A stretch of DNA of 64,000 nucleotides, taken from a virus. The notes beneath the pieces were generated by a model. It did no database searches, was not told the origin of the DNA, and saw only the letters and a program-made list of their open reading frames with translations. The stretch is taken from the IMG/VR virus record IMGVR_UViG_3300025131_009739, positions 101,873-165,872 of that record. One strand, given 5' to 3'. The position numbers were made by a program, and so were the translations under genes. Numbering within the stretch: position 1 is the stretch's first letter; each line of letters begins with the position of its first letter. This document shows, one piece after another, positions 19,702 to 29,481 of this stretch.

Positions 19702-20838
19702 TTAAAAGACTTTTTCTAATCCTGTGTCTCTCAATATAGAAACCTTTAAAGATTTGTCAAAGTTTTTACGTATCTTTTTAGCTACTTCATCAGAATAACT
19801 CGCTGCCATAACAACAACTGCTTCGACCGGGTTGGTTTCTAGATTTTCTGCAGAGACGATTGGAACGTGTGTAGCAGGAGTATACTTGCCTTGTTTAAAC
19901 GGGGCGTCATCTACAACATATTTTATTTTATCTTTTAAGTCTGCTAAAGCAATAACTGCTAATGCCTGATGGCCAGCTCCCCACACTGCCACACTTTCAA
20001 AATTATCAACATATTGTTTTATTTCATTTTTAATATATTCTTGATGTTTTTGAAAATCCGATATATCTAACTTCTTTCTTTTTCTAACGACTGCTGAAAT
20101 AATATAATCATACCAAATTTCATTACATTCAACAACCTCAAGCCCATTGTGAATTAATGCTGCTTCCAAAGTATCTTTTGTAAAATAAAATAAATGGTCA
20201 TTTATAAATTCTGAAAAAAGTTTATTTTGTATAATCATGTTGAAATTAGGCACCTCGATAAGACCTATTCCATCATCAGTTAAATTATTTACTATACCTT
20301 TAAGGACAATATTTGGATCTGGCAAATGCTCGAAAAAATTCATTATGAAAAATGCTTCGAAAGGGTGCCCTTGTATAGAATCTTTATCATTTTCAATATA
20401 TTTTTTTGAAACATTCAAACCATTTGAAACGCAATGATCAACTGACTCCTGTGAATATTCTATACCATATGCCTCAACGCCAGATTCATTCATAAGAGAT
20501 AAATATTCTCCCTTGCCGCAACCAACTTCTAAAACCTTTTTACCATAAAGATTATATTTTTCTACAAAGTTCTCAAATTGTTTTAACCTGAACTCTCTCA
20601 TTTCTTCTGAAAACGCTGCAGCTCTTATAACCTCTTTATAATATGACACAGGATCATTCATTAGTTGTACTAATCCGCAGCCAGAACACTGGTATACATC
20701 TAAATCAACCCCATTGTCATATTGTAGGGAATCTCTATCTGGCATGTTTTGTGCCGCCTTTGGCATATTTTTATATTGCAAAAGAGGTTCTTCAAAAAGA
20801 TTATTCTTGCAAACTCTACATTTATTTTTAGTATTCAA
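19702..20838 (-). CDS. NDP-hexose C-methyltransferase-family protein
   Basis: N-terminal CRVC...CSGC zinc site, LEVGCGKG, FEH, EVPN, WGAG...DD...KQG C-terminal domain. Confidence 0.8.
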   Translation of the reverse strand: MNTKNKCRVCKNNLFEEPLLQYKNMPKAAQNMPDRDSLQYDNGVDLDVYQCSGCGLVQLMNDPVSYYKEVIRAAAFSEEMREFRLKQFENFVEKYNLYGKKVLEVGCGKGEYLSLMNESGVEAYGIEYSQESVDHCVSNGLNVSKKYIENDKDSIQGHPFEAFFIMNFFEHLPDPNIVLKGIVNNLTDDGIGLIEVPNFNMIIQNKLFSEFINDHLFYFTKDTLEAALIHNGLEVVECNEIWYDYIISAVVRKRKKLDISDFQKHQEYIKNEIKQYVDNFESVAVWGAGHQALAVIALADLKDKIKYVVDDAPFKQGKYTPATHVPIVSAENLETNPVEAVVVMAASYSDEVAKKIRKNFDKSLKVSILRDTGLEKVF

Positions 20839-21727
20839 ATTTTTTTCCTAATAAAATTTCTTCTTTTAAAATGTGCTTGTTTTCTTCGTACCATTTATAC
20901 ATATTTCTAAGTGAAACATCAATTGGAGTAAGTGTCAAATCTTTTATTTCGTTTAAAAGTAAAGAATTGTCTCCACTATATTCTCTTCCAGAACCACCAA
21001 CTGTTATTTCTAAATCTTTTGAAGATATCTTTACAACTTTCTCTGCAACTTCTCTCCAAGCAAATGGCCTTCCGTGGCAAACATTGTATACGTTTTTTTT
21101 AGGTTTATTTTCTATAAACCATTCTATAACCTTAACAAGATCGTCGATATATAAGAAATCATATAAAGAATCTTGTTTAACATGAATTGGCATGCCAAGC
21201 GCGGCCTTACTACTAATATTAGAAATAAAACGATATCTCCAATCATCATATTTTCCAAACACAGCAAAGAGTCTAAGATTGTACACATTGTTGCTCGCTT
21301 GAGCATGTTTTGTCATCATATATTTTGATAGACCATATTGGTCTTTAGGAACGTGTTTATCAAAATAATCTTCATCCATCAACGACTTCCAGTTGTCGCG
21401 ATCAAATTCAGCACCAGAACCAAAAAAAATCATTTTATCAAAATAGTCTCCACATCTTGCAACATTAGAAAACATCCTTAAGTTCATCTCTAAAACTTTA
21501 TTTGGTTCTTTTGTAGTAAAATTAGGAGCAGCATCATAGTTTACAGCATTAATGACCACATCAAAATTATTCTTTTTAATGTAAGAAAAAACACTTTCTG
21601 AATCTAAAACATCTAGTTCTTTTCTACCTGGAGTATAAAAGTCATATTTGTCCTTAAGATTTTCAAATATATTTTTTGCTATAAAACCAGAACCGCCTGT
21701 AACCAAAACTTTTTTAGTCATCGGCAA
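20828..21727 (-). CDS. NAD-dependent epimerase/reductase
   Basis: TGGSGFIA, GSGAEF, YGLSK. Confidence 0.85.
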   Translation of the reverse strand: MPMTKKVLVTGGSGFIAKNIFENLKDKYDFYTPGRKELDVLDSESVFSYIKKNNFDVVINAVNYDAAPNFTTKEPNKVLEMNLRMFSNVARCGDYFDKMIFFGSGAEFDRDNWKSLMDEDYFDKHVPKDQYGLSKYMMTKHAQASNNVYNLRLFAVFGKYDDWRYRFISNISSKAALGMPIHVKQDSLYDFLYIDDLVKVIEWFIENKPKKNVYNVCHGRPFAWREVAEKVVKISSKDLEITVGGSGREYSGDNSLLLNEIKDLTLTPIDVSLRNMYKWYEENKHILKEEILLGKKFEY

Positions 21728-23498
21728 TTTTCATATTTGCATTAAATTCTTCTCGATCCAAAAGAGGCAAAAGATCTTCCATTGGTAATGCGATAAACGT
21801 GCCATCTTCTCTTTTATGTGTTGAATTTCTTGGCAAAGTTTCATGAGTGTGCAACATCATAACTTCACAAACAACGGGGCCATCTTCATCTAGCACTTCT
21901 TGAACTTGTTCATAAATATTATCTTGGTCCGTTATCCTAAAATATTTTATACCATAAGAATTAGAAATCTTTTCAAAACTAGGCAAAGTAACTCCACTGT
22001 TTTCTCCGCTAGCAAATTCATTTTTAAAATGCTTTTCTTGAGAATTCCTTATAGAAACATATCCCCCATTATTTAATACAAAATATTTGATTGGTAAATT
22101 TAGTCTTCTAACTGTTTCTAACTCTTGAATGTTCATTACAAAGCCGCCGTCTCCGTCGATACAAATAGTATGTCGGCGCTCTCCGGCGATACAGCCGCCA
22201 ATGGATGCCGCAATACCAAAACCCATTGCGCCCAGTCCTTCGCTGTTAAATATTCTCATGCCTTTCGTAACTTTAAAAGATTGCATAGTGACTTCACTAC
22301 AACAGCCTGAACTTCCAGGTATTAACAAGTCTGTCGGTTTAGCCAAATCAGATAGAACATCTATTAAAACGTAATTGTTGACATGTTCCTTTTGTTCCCA
22401 ATATTCAGGAACAATAACAGGATATTTAGCTTGCCATTCTTTGCACTGTTGAAGCCACTTTGGAAATTCATTATTTTTTTGTTCTTTTTGATTCAATGCT
22501 TCTTCTATAAAATCTCCAGCATCAAAATCTATAGAACAGTCAACATGAAATTGCATTTTTTCAATTTCGGCAGGGTCAATATCAACAATTACTTTCTTTG
22601 CTTTTCTTGCAAAGTTTTTGTGGTTAAACGCTGTTTGACCATGATCCAATCTTGCACCAATAGATATAAACAAATCGGCAGTTTGTTGAGAAAAATTAGC
22701 TCCTCTTTGTGCCGCTAATCCCGGGCGCCCTACAAAAAGTGGATGTTCTTCTTCCATAAAATCTAACGACTTCCACGTTGTCATGACAGGAATATTTAAG
22801 AAATTAGCTAATTCTAAAAATTTCTCTTCAGCATTTGCAGATCTTATTCCATTGCCGGCAAGAATAACAGGTCTTTTGGAACTGTTTAATAATTCGTAAA
22901 AATAAGAAACTTTTTGTTTTAGTTCTTGCGTTCTATCTTCTTCTGACTCTTGTTCATATGACTTAAGTAAATTTATATCAATCTCTGTTGACTGGATATC
23001 AAGAGGTATCTCAATCCATACGGGGCCTTGACGACCAGTTGTTGCCAAATGCCAAGCTTTTTCTAAAACTGATTTAATATCATAAGGATTTAATACTGTA
23101 GTCGCATATTTTGTGATTGGTTTAACAATACTGACTACATCTATTTCCTGAAATCCTATTTGTCTTACTTTTTTGTCTCCTCTAACATCTTTACTCTGTA
23201 CTTGTCCTGAAAAGACAATCACAGGAATCGAATCAAGCCATGCTGACGCTATCCCGGTAATAGTGTTCGTTGCTCCCGGGCCGGCAGTAACAAGACAAAC
23301 TCCCGGCGAGTTATTGTATTGTGCATATGCCTCTGCTGCGATGGCTGCTGCTTGTTCGTGCAAAGTACAAACATAATTTATATCACTCTTTCCAACAGAG
23401 TCTATTAATGGTAAACAAAAGCCACCAGAAAGAGTAAAAATGTCTTTAATACCTTTTGTTTCCAAAAATGAAACAACGTAATCTGATAGTTTTGTCAT
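21714..23498 (-). CDS. ThDP-dependent enzyme (acetolactate synthase-like, YerE type)
   Basis: HEQAAA, TAGPGATN, QEID, DGDGG...LNN ThDP motif; sits in a sugar cluster with rfbH. Confidence 0.85.
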   Translation of the reverse strand: MTKLSDYVVSFLETKGIKDIFTLSGGFCLPLIDSVGKSDINYVCTLHEQAAAIAAEAYAQYNNSPGVCLVTAGPGATNTITGIASAWLDSIPVIVFSGQVQSKDVRGDKKVRQIGFQEIDVVSIVKPITKYATTVLNPYDIKSVLEKAWHLATTGRQGPVWIEIPLDIQSTEIDINLLKSYEQESEEDRTQELKQKVSYFYELLNSSKRPVILAGNGIRSANAEEKFLELANFLNIPVMTTWKSLDFMEEEHPLFVGRPGLAAQRGANFSQQTADLFISIGARLDHGQTAFNHKNFARKAKKVIVDIDPAEIEKMQFHVDCSIDFDAGDFIEEALNQKEQKNNEFPKWLQQCKEWQAKYPVIVPEYWEQKEHVNNYVLIDVLSDLAKPTDLLIPGSSGCCSEVTMQSFKVTKGMRIFNSEGLGAMGFGIAASIGGCIAGERRHTICIDGDGGFVMNIQELETVRRLNLPIKYFVLNNGGYVSIRNSQEKHFKNEFASGENSGVTLPSFEKISNSYGIKYFRITDQDNIYEQVQEVLDEDGPVVCEVMMLHTHETLPRNSTHKREDGTFIALPMEDLLPLLDREEFNANMKIADD

Positions 23499-23499
23499 T

Positions 23500-23961
23500 T
23501 TAGCTTTTTATTTCTACTAACTCTAAAGCGCATCTAATGCCAGTACTTGGCGGTACTCTATAACCAAAAAAAGTATGGAAGCTGCTAGCTCCTTCTTCTC
23601 CATATGCTAGTCCGGGAGGTATTATTAATTTTCTTTTTTCGCCAACTTTCATGTCTAAAAATGCCTCATCAAAACCTTTTATTGAATCACCCTTTTTATA
23701 TAAATCGTCTTTTGGCGTTTCTTGTCCAATAACAAAATCAACAGGACCATTAAAAGGCTTATCTTCATATGTATCATCACAAAGCTCATCTACATATTCT
23801 TCGTTTTCATAATCATAATTTGATGTAGTGGTACCTTTAGAAAAGCATATTTCATAATGAGCTGATACTGTCTGTCCAACAACTGGCTTTTCTCCCGCAC
23901 CTTCATGAACCTTCTTCATTTTCAAACCGCTTTGTGTTGCTGGCATATCATCAAAAGTCAT
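23500..23961 (-). CDS. FKBP-type peptidyl-prolyl isomerase
   Basis: IKGFDEAFLDMKVGEKRKLIIPPGLAYG...VPP. Confidence 0.85.
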   Translation of the reverse strand: MTFDDMPATQSGLKMKKVHEGAGEKPVVGQTVSAHYEICFSKGTTTSNYDYENEEYVDELCDDTYEDKPFNGPVDFVIGQETPKDDLYKKGDSIKGFDEAFLDMKVGEKRKLIIPPGLAYGEEGASSFHTFFGYRVPPSTGIRCALELVEIKS

Positions 23962-24157
23962 TGTCTATTTCCTCGTCTAACATATCGTGAACCGTCTTTA
24001 GATAACCAAGACATTTTTCAATTTTATCTTTTAATCTCATGTTTTCTTCTAAAAGCTCACGATATAAATCTCTGTAGTTATCTTTAAACGGAGCAACAGC
24101 ACCTTCGCTGTACCCTGTTTGATCTACTACTTTTTTTGTACCATCAGGTTGGCTCAT
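23951..24157 (-). CDS. Hypothetical protein
   Basis: 68 aa ORF with a GGAGG SD. Confidence 0.6.
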   Translation of the reverse strand: MSQPDGTKKVVDQTGYSEGAVAPFKDNYRDLYRELLEENMRLKDKIEKCLGYLKTVHDMLDEEIDNDF

Positions 24158-24170
24158 TTTATTCCTCCTA

Positions 24171-25691
24171 TTAAATCCAATGTGTTATAAAAGTCTTTCT
24201 ATTGTTATTGCTTTGTATCTCTAAGTCTGTATAATAAGAATCGTTTGTGTAGTGTGTTGAAGAAACTTCTTCAATAACACACCCATTCCTAGTAGCAAAC
24301 TCATGTCTAACTTCTGGCTCGATAGTAACTACATCTCCCTTCTTGAGAGCATGTAACTTTTCATTTAAATATAAGTCGACATCCCCATATAAAACAACAA
24401 AAGTTTCTTCCTTCTTTTTGTGATATTGTTCAGGATGTTTTTGTCCCGGAAGTGCAATAATCAATTTTTTACAATATTCACGGTTGATAACTGTAATCAT
24501 GGTTATCCCTGTTTCATAAAAATTATCAATTCCATAATGATGGGAAATCTCTAAATTTGCTTGGCCGGGGTGAACAACATTTGATTTGGCCAAAAAATTC
24601 TTTACTTTTTGAACTATGTTCCAAATTTTTTCTCTTGTTTCAACTTTATATGCGCTGCCTAGAATAGGTTCATTTATTTCATATGTTCTGTTAGCAATAT
24701 AATGTGTATATTTTGACATATCATTTGCTAAAATTTGTTCTGGTTGTGCTGGCCACGCATAAAAAACATTTGTTCGATCAATGGATTCGCCTTCTTCGAT
24801 TTTTCTTTTGGCAAACGCGCCTCTCTTGAATTGTCTTAAGTCGCCAAGTTCTTTATCACTATTATTATGACGCTCTCCAGATACTCCACACATTTTTATT
24901 GCCTCTGCTGCTGAGTGTAACCACTTTTTGACTTGTTCTGGAGTAGCAGAATAAGCATTTTTAGAATATTGTTCTGTTTCCAGTGCAACATGTTTTTCAA
25001 AAACTTTTACACCTTTAGCAATTGCTAATTTAATTACATCAAAATTATTTGGATCTTCGTGAGTCGAAAAACCAATAGTCACGTCCTGATATCTGTCATT
25101 GAGAAAATCAATTTGATTTAATTGTAGAGAATTTACTTTGGTGGGGTATTCTCCAACACAATGCATGATTGCAAATTTCTTATTTCTATTTTTAAAGAAA
25201 CTGATAACATTGTCTATATCGTTCAAGGAAGACCCGGCAGTAGACGCAATTGTAGGCAAATTTAATTCTACCACTTTATTTAAAAGTGGCCAATCAGTAA
25301 AAGAACAACTTGCAACTTTAATATAATCGAAATTTAATTTTGCTATTAAATCAACTGACGGCTCGTCAAAAGCAGTACAAATTGTTTTAAAGCCATGATT
25401 TTGAGCTTCTGTTTTAAGAAGATTAAAATCATCTTCACTCAGCCTCGTTTCTGAAAATCTTTTTACATATTTTAAATCAGTTCTGTCCTTATAATCAGGA
25501 TGAATAAAAGAATCAATATCCCTAAACTGAAACTTGACTGCGTATTGAAAAGCTTTTATATTTAATTCGTTTACAATTTCTGAATATTTTCGAATCATAT
25601 CTAAGCCATGTTGAACATCTCCCATATGATTGTTAGCAAATTCAAAAATAAATAAATTTTCAAACTCTACATGTTCCATTTCTTTCTCCAA
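24171..25691 (-). CDS. NeuB-family synthase fused to SAF and C-terminal cupin domains
   Basis: EFANNHMGD, VKFQ, HCVGEYP, GFSTHE, FEKH; C-terminal HPEQYHKKKEETF...RHEF...EEVS cupin. Confidence 0.85.
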   Translation of the reverse strand: MEKEMEHVEFENLFIFEFANNHMGDVQHGLDMIRKYSEIVNELNIKAFQYAVKFQFRDIDSFIHPDYKDRTDLKYVKRFSETRLSEDDFNLLKTEAQNHGFKTICTAFDEPSVDLIAKLNFDYIKVASCSFTDWPLLNKVVELNLPTIASTAGSSLNDIDNVISFFKNRNKKFAIMHCVGEYPTKVNSLQLNQIDFLNDRYQDVTIGFSTHEDPNNFDVIKLAIAKGVKVFEKHVALETEQYSKNAYSATPEQVKKWLHSAAEAIKMCGVSGERHNNSDKELGDLRQFKRGAFAKRKIEEGESIDRTNVFYAWPAQPEQILANDMSKYTHYIANRTYEINEPILGSAYKVETREKIWNIVQKVKNFLAKSNVVHPGQANLEISHHYGIDNFYETGITMITVINREYCKKLIIALPGQKHPEQYHKKKEETFVVLYGDVDLYLNEKLHALKKGDVVTIEPEVRHEFATRNGCVIEEVSSTHYTNDSYYTDLEIQSNNNRKTFITHWI

Positions 25692-26431
25692 TAATTTCGT
25701 ACAATTTCATCATATTTTATTTCATCTTGATGCACATCCCAAGTACATTGTTCGGAATGCCACCTGTAATAATAACCTAAAAAAACATTAACAGGATATA
25801 TAAAAACGTTATTTTCGGCAAATCCACAAAATATGTCATAATCACCTGCTCCTGCTTCTTGTATGCCACTATTTTTATGGGCTTCTCCGCCATATGGAGT
25901 CCAATTCATCAAGGGATATAAGCTTTTGTGATACACTACAGAAGGGGTATTAACTGGACTTCTTATCATACACTGTTTTTTGAAATCTGTTAAACTTTTA
26001 TAAAAATATGTTTGTTGGTCGGCAGTGTTTCCATTCCTAACTCCAATTATGGGACTTTGTATACATTTAATTTTTTCTAGATCGTGAGTAAGTATCTTCA
26101 TACAATTTGATATATAATCGTTTGAGATATAATCGTCTGTTGACAAGAAAGTTATATAATCTGTTTCTAAAGTTTCAAAAGAATCATCTACCGCTTCTCT
26201 ATATGAATTCTTATATATATTTGGCACTTGATGCACAGTTATTTTTTCATGTTTTTTTTCCAGCTCCAGTAAATATTCATACGTTCCATCTGTGCTCTCA
26301 TTATCATATGCATGTATATCATAATTCTCATAAGTCTGCTGTAAGGCAGAATTAACACATTGATCGATATATTTCATTGAATTATAACATGGAATAACAA
26401 TTGATATTTTCATTTTTTCACCCAATATCAA
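25667..26431 (-). CDS. Glycosyltransferase family 2
   Basis: SIVIPCYN, DNESTDGT, STDD. Confidence 0.9.
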   Translation of the reverse strand: MILGEKMKISIVIPCYNSMKYIDQCVNSALQQTYENYDIHAYDNESTDGTYEYLLELEKKHEKITVHQVPNIYKNSYREAVDDSFETLETDYITFLSTDDYISNDYISNCMKILTHDLEKIKCIQSPIIGVRNGNTADQQTYFYKSLTDFKKQCMIRSPVNTPSVVYHKSLYPLMNWTPYGGEAHKNSGIQEAGAGDYDIFCGFAENNVFIYPVNVFLGYYYRWHSEQCTWDVHQDEIKYDEIVRNYWRKKWNM

Positions 26432-27350
26432 TCATTTTTCTAACACGATTAATATACGTGTGATTTTCTCTCACTTCTTCTCTATTTTTTTCTTTTATTA
26501 GTTGCAGCTCTTTCTCTGGCATCTTAACATATCTTTCAACAGCGTCAAACATTTCCTCCGGAGTGTCACACAAGGGAACTTCTGGAAATAATTTTTTCAT
26601 TTGTATTTTTCCTCCGCCATCACTGACTAGTGCCCCAGTTAATCCCAATCCTTTATAAGTTCTTTCATTAGTGTGATCCTGTGTGTGATAATGATGAGCA
26701 TCATGTATATTAATTGAAACCTTGCTATTATACAGTAACAAATTTTCTTGCTCATATGTCAAGTTTTTTTCCACAAAAATTCCACATTTTAAATCAGACT
26801 TCATGAAAGGTTGAAAATATTTTAACATAATTTGACGTTTTTCATCAAATCCATTATTTGCCCAACCTCCAACGAAACATACATCAAATTTGTACCTTTC
26901 GTCCAAAATGGGAACATAATTAATTGAATCAAATGCTAACTGGACTATGTTAATCTCTTCCCACTTCCACTTTGAATAACATTCTTTTTTTTGTTCTTCA
27001 CTAATTTCTGACCAAAGCCACAAATATATATTATTAGATTCATTAATTTGTTCAGTGTGTTCGCGCGACACAGCGCTTGCAAAATTTGGATGTCTTCCCC
27101 ATGGCAGCGGAAAATTATTTGGTTGAGGGAAAAAATAAGCTCGATTAGAATTTTTTAAAACATCGACGGCTTCCTGAGTTTTTATAAGCCAATCAACCGC
27201 CATTATATCATAAGATCCTTTAGACTCATTAATTTCTTCTACAGTTGTATATTCCACAACATTAAACCCTTCATGTGCCCAAGCGGATTTATACCCATTA
27301 TTAATTGTTTCCCAAGCACGGTGAGGAGGCTTTTGTATATAAATTTTCAT
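26418..27350 (-). CDS. CgeB-like GT-B glycosyltransferase
   Basis: DVCFVGG, SKVSINIH, NERTY, HTYINRV. Confidence 0.75.
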   Translation of the reverse strand: MKIYIQKPPHRAWETINNGYKSAWAHEGFNVVEYTTVEEINESKGSYDIMAVDWLIKTQEAVDVLKNSNRAYFFPQPNNFPLPWGRHPNFASAVSREHTEQINESNNIYLWLWSEISEEQKKECYSKWKWEEINIVQLAFDSINYVPILDERYKFDVCFVGGWANNGFDEKRQIMLKYFQPFMKSDLKCGIFVEKNLTYEQENLLLYNSKVSINIHDAHHYHTQDHTNERTYKGLGLTGALVSDGGGKIQMKKLFPEVPLCDTPEEMFDAVERYVKMPEKELQLIKEKNREEVRENHTYINRVRKMIDIG

Positions 27351-28192
27351 TTTAAAATCTTTTTGACATTGTTTACAATCTTATCACGCTTTGATAACAT
27401 TATATCAATTAATTCCTCACCTTTTAACTCAAACCATGGTTCAAATGATGCTCCAACCAAATTATTTGTTATTACTGAAACGTTCATCATTCTAGCCTCC
27501 ACAACGATTCTAGAAAGAGTTTCCGGAGTCTTTGGAAGAAATACTAAATATTTATTTTGTCCTAATTTTTCTAAAAAGCTGTAATAAACATTACTTTGAA
27601 TTAATTCATAAGGATATTGCTTATATTTACAAAATCTTATTGCGTCTGATGTATTTTTGTGAAGTATGTTTGATTCCATTACAGAATAAACATCCTTTTT
27701 TTCTTTTTTCGAAAATTCCTTTATTTTCTCCAGACTGTCTAAAGACCAAAGATTGCCACTCAAATTATATATGTTGTCTAGGCCAAGATTCTTCTTTATA
27801 ATATCACAATGAAATTTTGATTGACCAAACACAGCTTTGGCATGTTTATAAAATTCATAATTTATAATCTTATCTTTTGGAGCTTTAAAATTTTCAAAAT
27901 ATGAAGGGTCTCTTGTGACTAAATATTTATGATCATGTTCGTAAATTACATAATCTGCTTCTTTTATCAACAAGTCTATGCAATCTTTTTGTAGTCTTAA
28001 AAAATTAGCAATTACAAACTTGGATTTAATATTTTCATTAATAAACGTCGTGTTGACAACGCTAGAATTTATTTTTTCAACTTCTGTGCCTTGTGAAATT
28101 AATATTTTAACAAACTCATCATTGTTTAGCTCACCACCTCCCAGAAGCCCATCTTTAACAAAAAAATCTGCTATTAGGATTATTTTCATCAA
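27347..28192 (-). CDS. Putative GT-B glycosyltransferase
   Basis: GGGE N-terminal loop, PETLSRIVVEA. Confidence 0.7.
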   Translation of the reverse strand: MMKIILIADFFVKDGLLGGGELNNDEFVKILISQGTEVEKINSSVVNTTFINENIKSKFVIANFLRLQKDCIDLLIKEADYVIYEHDHKYLVTRDPSYFENFKAPKDKIINYEFYKHAKAVFGQSKFHCDIIKKNLGLDNIYNLSGNLWSLDSLEKIKEFSKKEKKDVYSVMESNILHKNTSDAIRFCKYKQYPYELIQSNVYYSFLEKLGQNKYLVFLPKTPETLSRIVVEARMMNVSVITNNLVGASFEPWFELKGEELIDIMLSKRDKIVNNVKKILK

Positions 28193-29481
28193 GCAATTTC
28201 TTTGATATCTAAACCACTTAACCAGTCTTCAATTTCAAATTCTTCTTCCGGGCAAATAAAATCAGCAAACTTTTTGTATTGCTTTTCTTCGGTGAAGTTT
28301 TTAATTATGTATTTTTTAAGATCTGCGGCCTGCTTTTTATATTGCCCATAATTTGTATATACATCGCGGAGGTTCTTTTTATAATTTCCCTCGTGCGCAA
28401 AACACCAAAAAGAGTCTTGTTGTATAACTCCGGGCCAAACTGCTTCCTGTTGAACTTGTTTTAACACATAATCAACTTTAGCAAAAAACGGTCTCATCTT
28501 TTTTTTGCCCTTTTTGTCCTTTTTGGGAGCGTAAAGAAAATCATTCTGACCACTCCAATTTGGCGCAAGCACAGGAAGCCCATTATAGGCAGCTTCGAAC
28601 ATTGGCAACCCAAATCCCTCACCATGAGAAAGGTTGATTAAAGATTTAATTTTAGAATGTTGATATAAAGAAACTAATTCTCCGTCGCTCATATCTCCAT
28701 GCAATAAATAAATTTTGCATTTTCTCTCTTTCCCTAAAGAAGATTCAACAACCAAATCGTGCACTTTCTTAACAGTCTGATATCTATCAATAATTGAATT
28801 ATTTCTTATATTAACCTTAACGACTAACCCGACTTCATCATCTATGAATTCATGTATAAACCATTTAATTGTGTTTTCTAAATTTTTTCTTGGGCTCCAC
28901 TGGGCCACCGTCACAAAATTAAAATCATAATCCAATTCTAGATCAACGTTTTCGGGTTCAATGGCGCGAGTGGGATAATTCACCACCTCAATCGGAGTCG
29001 TACACTTAACATCTTTGAGTTCTTGTCCAGTTTGTTGGTCAACGCCATCATATGATGTATCCAAGTAAACATTTTTTGCATGATTCGAAACTACAATAAT
29101 TTTGTCCACAAGCATTGATTTTTGAATCCATTCTGGCGAAACTTTAGTTGTTTCGATGCCAGCTGTGTATCCAATATTTACTGGCGCCATTCTTTCCCAT
29201 TCATTAGGAATCGTTACCTGCAAAGACATATCATAATGACCTCCATTATTTTGATGATGAACAGTTTTTTGAATGATAGAATCCATCCAACGACGCTCTT
29301 CATCATCATCTGAAAGCCACCCTGTTTGGCCCCAGCCAACAGGAAAAAGATAAATATCAAACCTATCTTGATATTCTCTTAATGATCTCAATGCAAATCT
29401 TGTCTGCTCCCCATACCCCGATCTTGAAAGAGCTGGGCCTCTGACTATTATTTTTTTCATGCTACCTCTATTAGTTTCCAA
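28189..29481 (-). CDS. Glycosyltransferase family 4
   Basis: SGYG, RKN, EGFGLPMFEA. Confidence 0.85.
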   Translation of the reverse strand: METNRGSMKKIIVRGPALSRSGYGEQTRFALRSLREYQDRFDIYLFPVGWGQTGWLSDDDEERRWMDSIIQKTVHHQNNGGHYDMSLQVTIPNEWERMAPVNIGYTAGIETTKVSPEWIQKSMLVDKIIVVSNHAKNVYLDTSYDGVDQQTGQELKDVKCTTPIEVVNYPTRAIEPENVDLELDYDFNFVTVAQWSPRKNLENTIKWFIHEFIDDEVGLVVKVNIRNNSIIDRYQTVKKVHDLVVESSLGKERKCKIYLLHGDMSDGELVSLYQHSKIKSLINLSHGEGFGLPMFEAAYNGLPVLAPNWSGQNDFLYAPKKDKKGKKKMRPFFAKVDYVLKQVQQEAVWPGVIQQDSFWCFAHEGNYKKNLRDVYTNYGQYKKQAADLKKYIIKNFTEEKQYKKFADFICPEEEFEIEDWLSGLDIKEIA

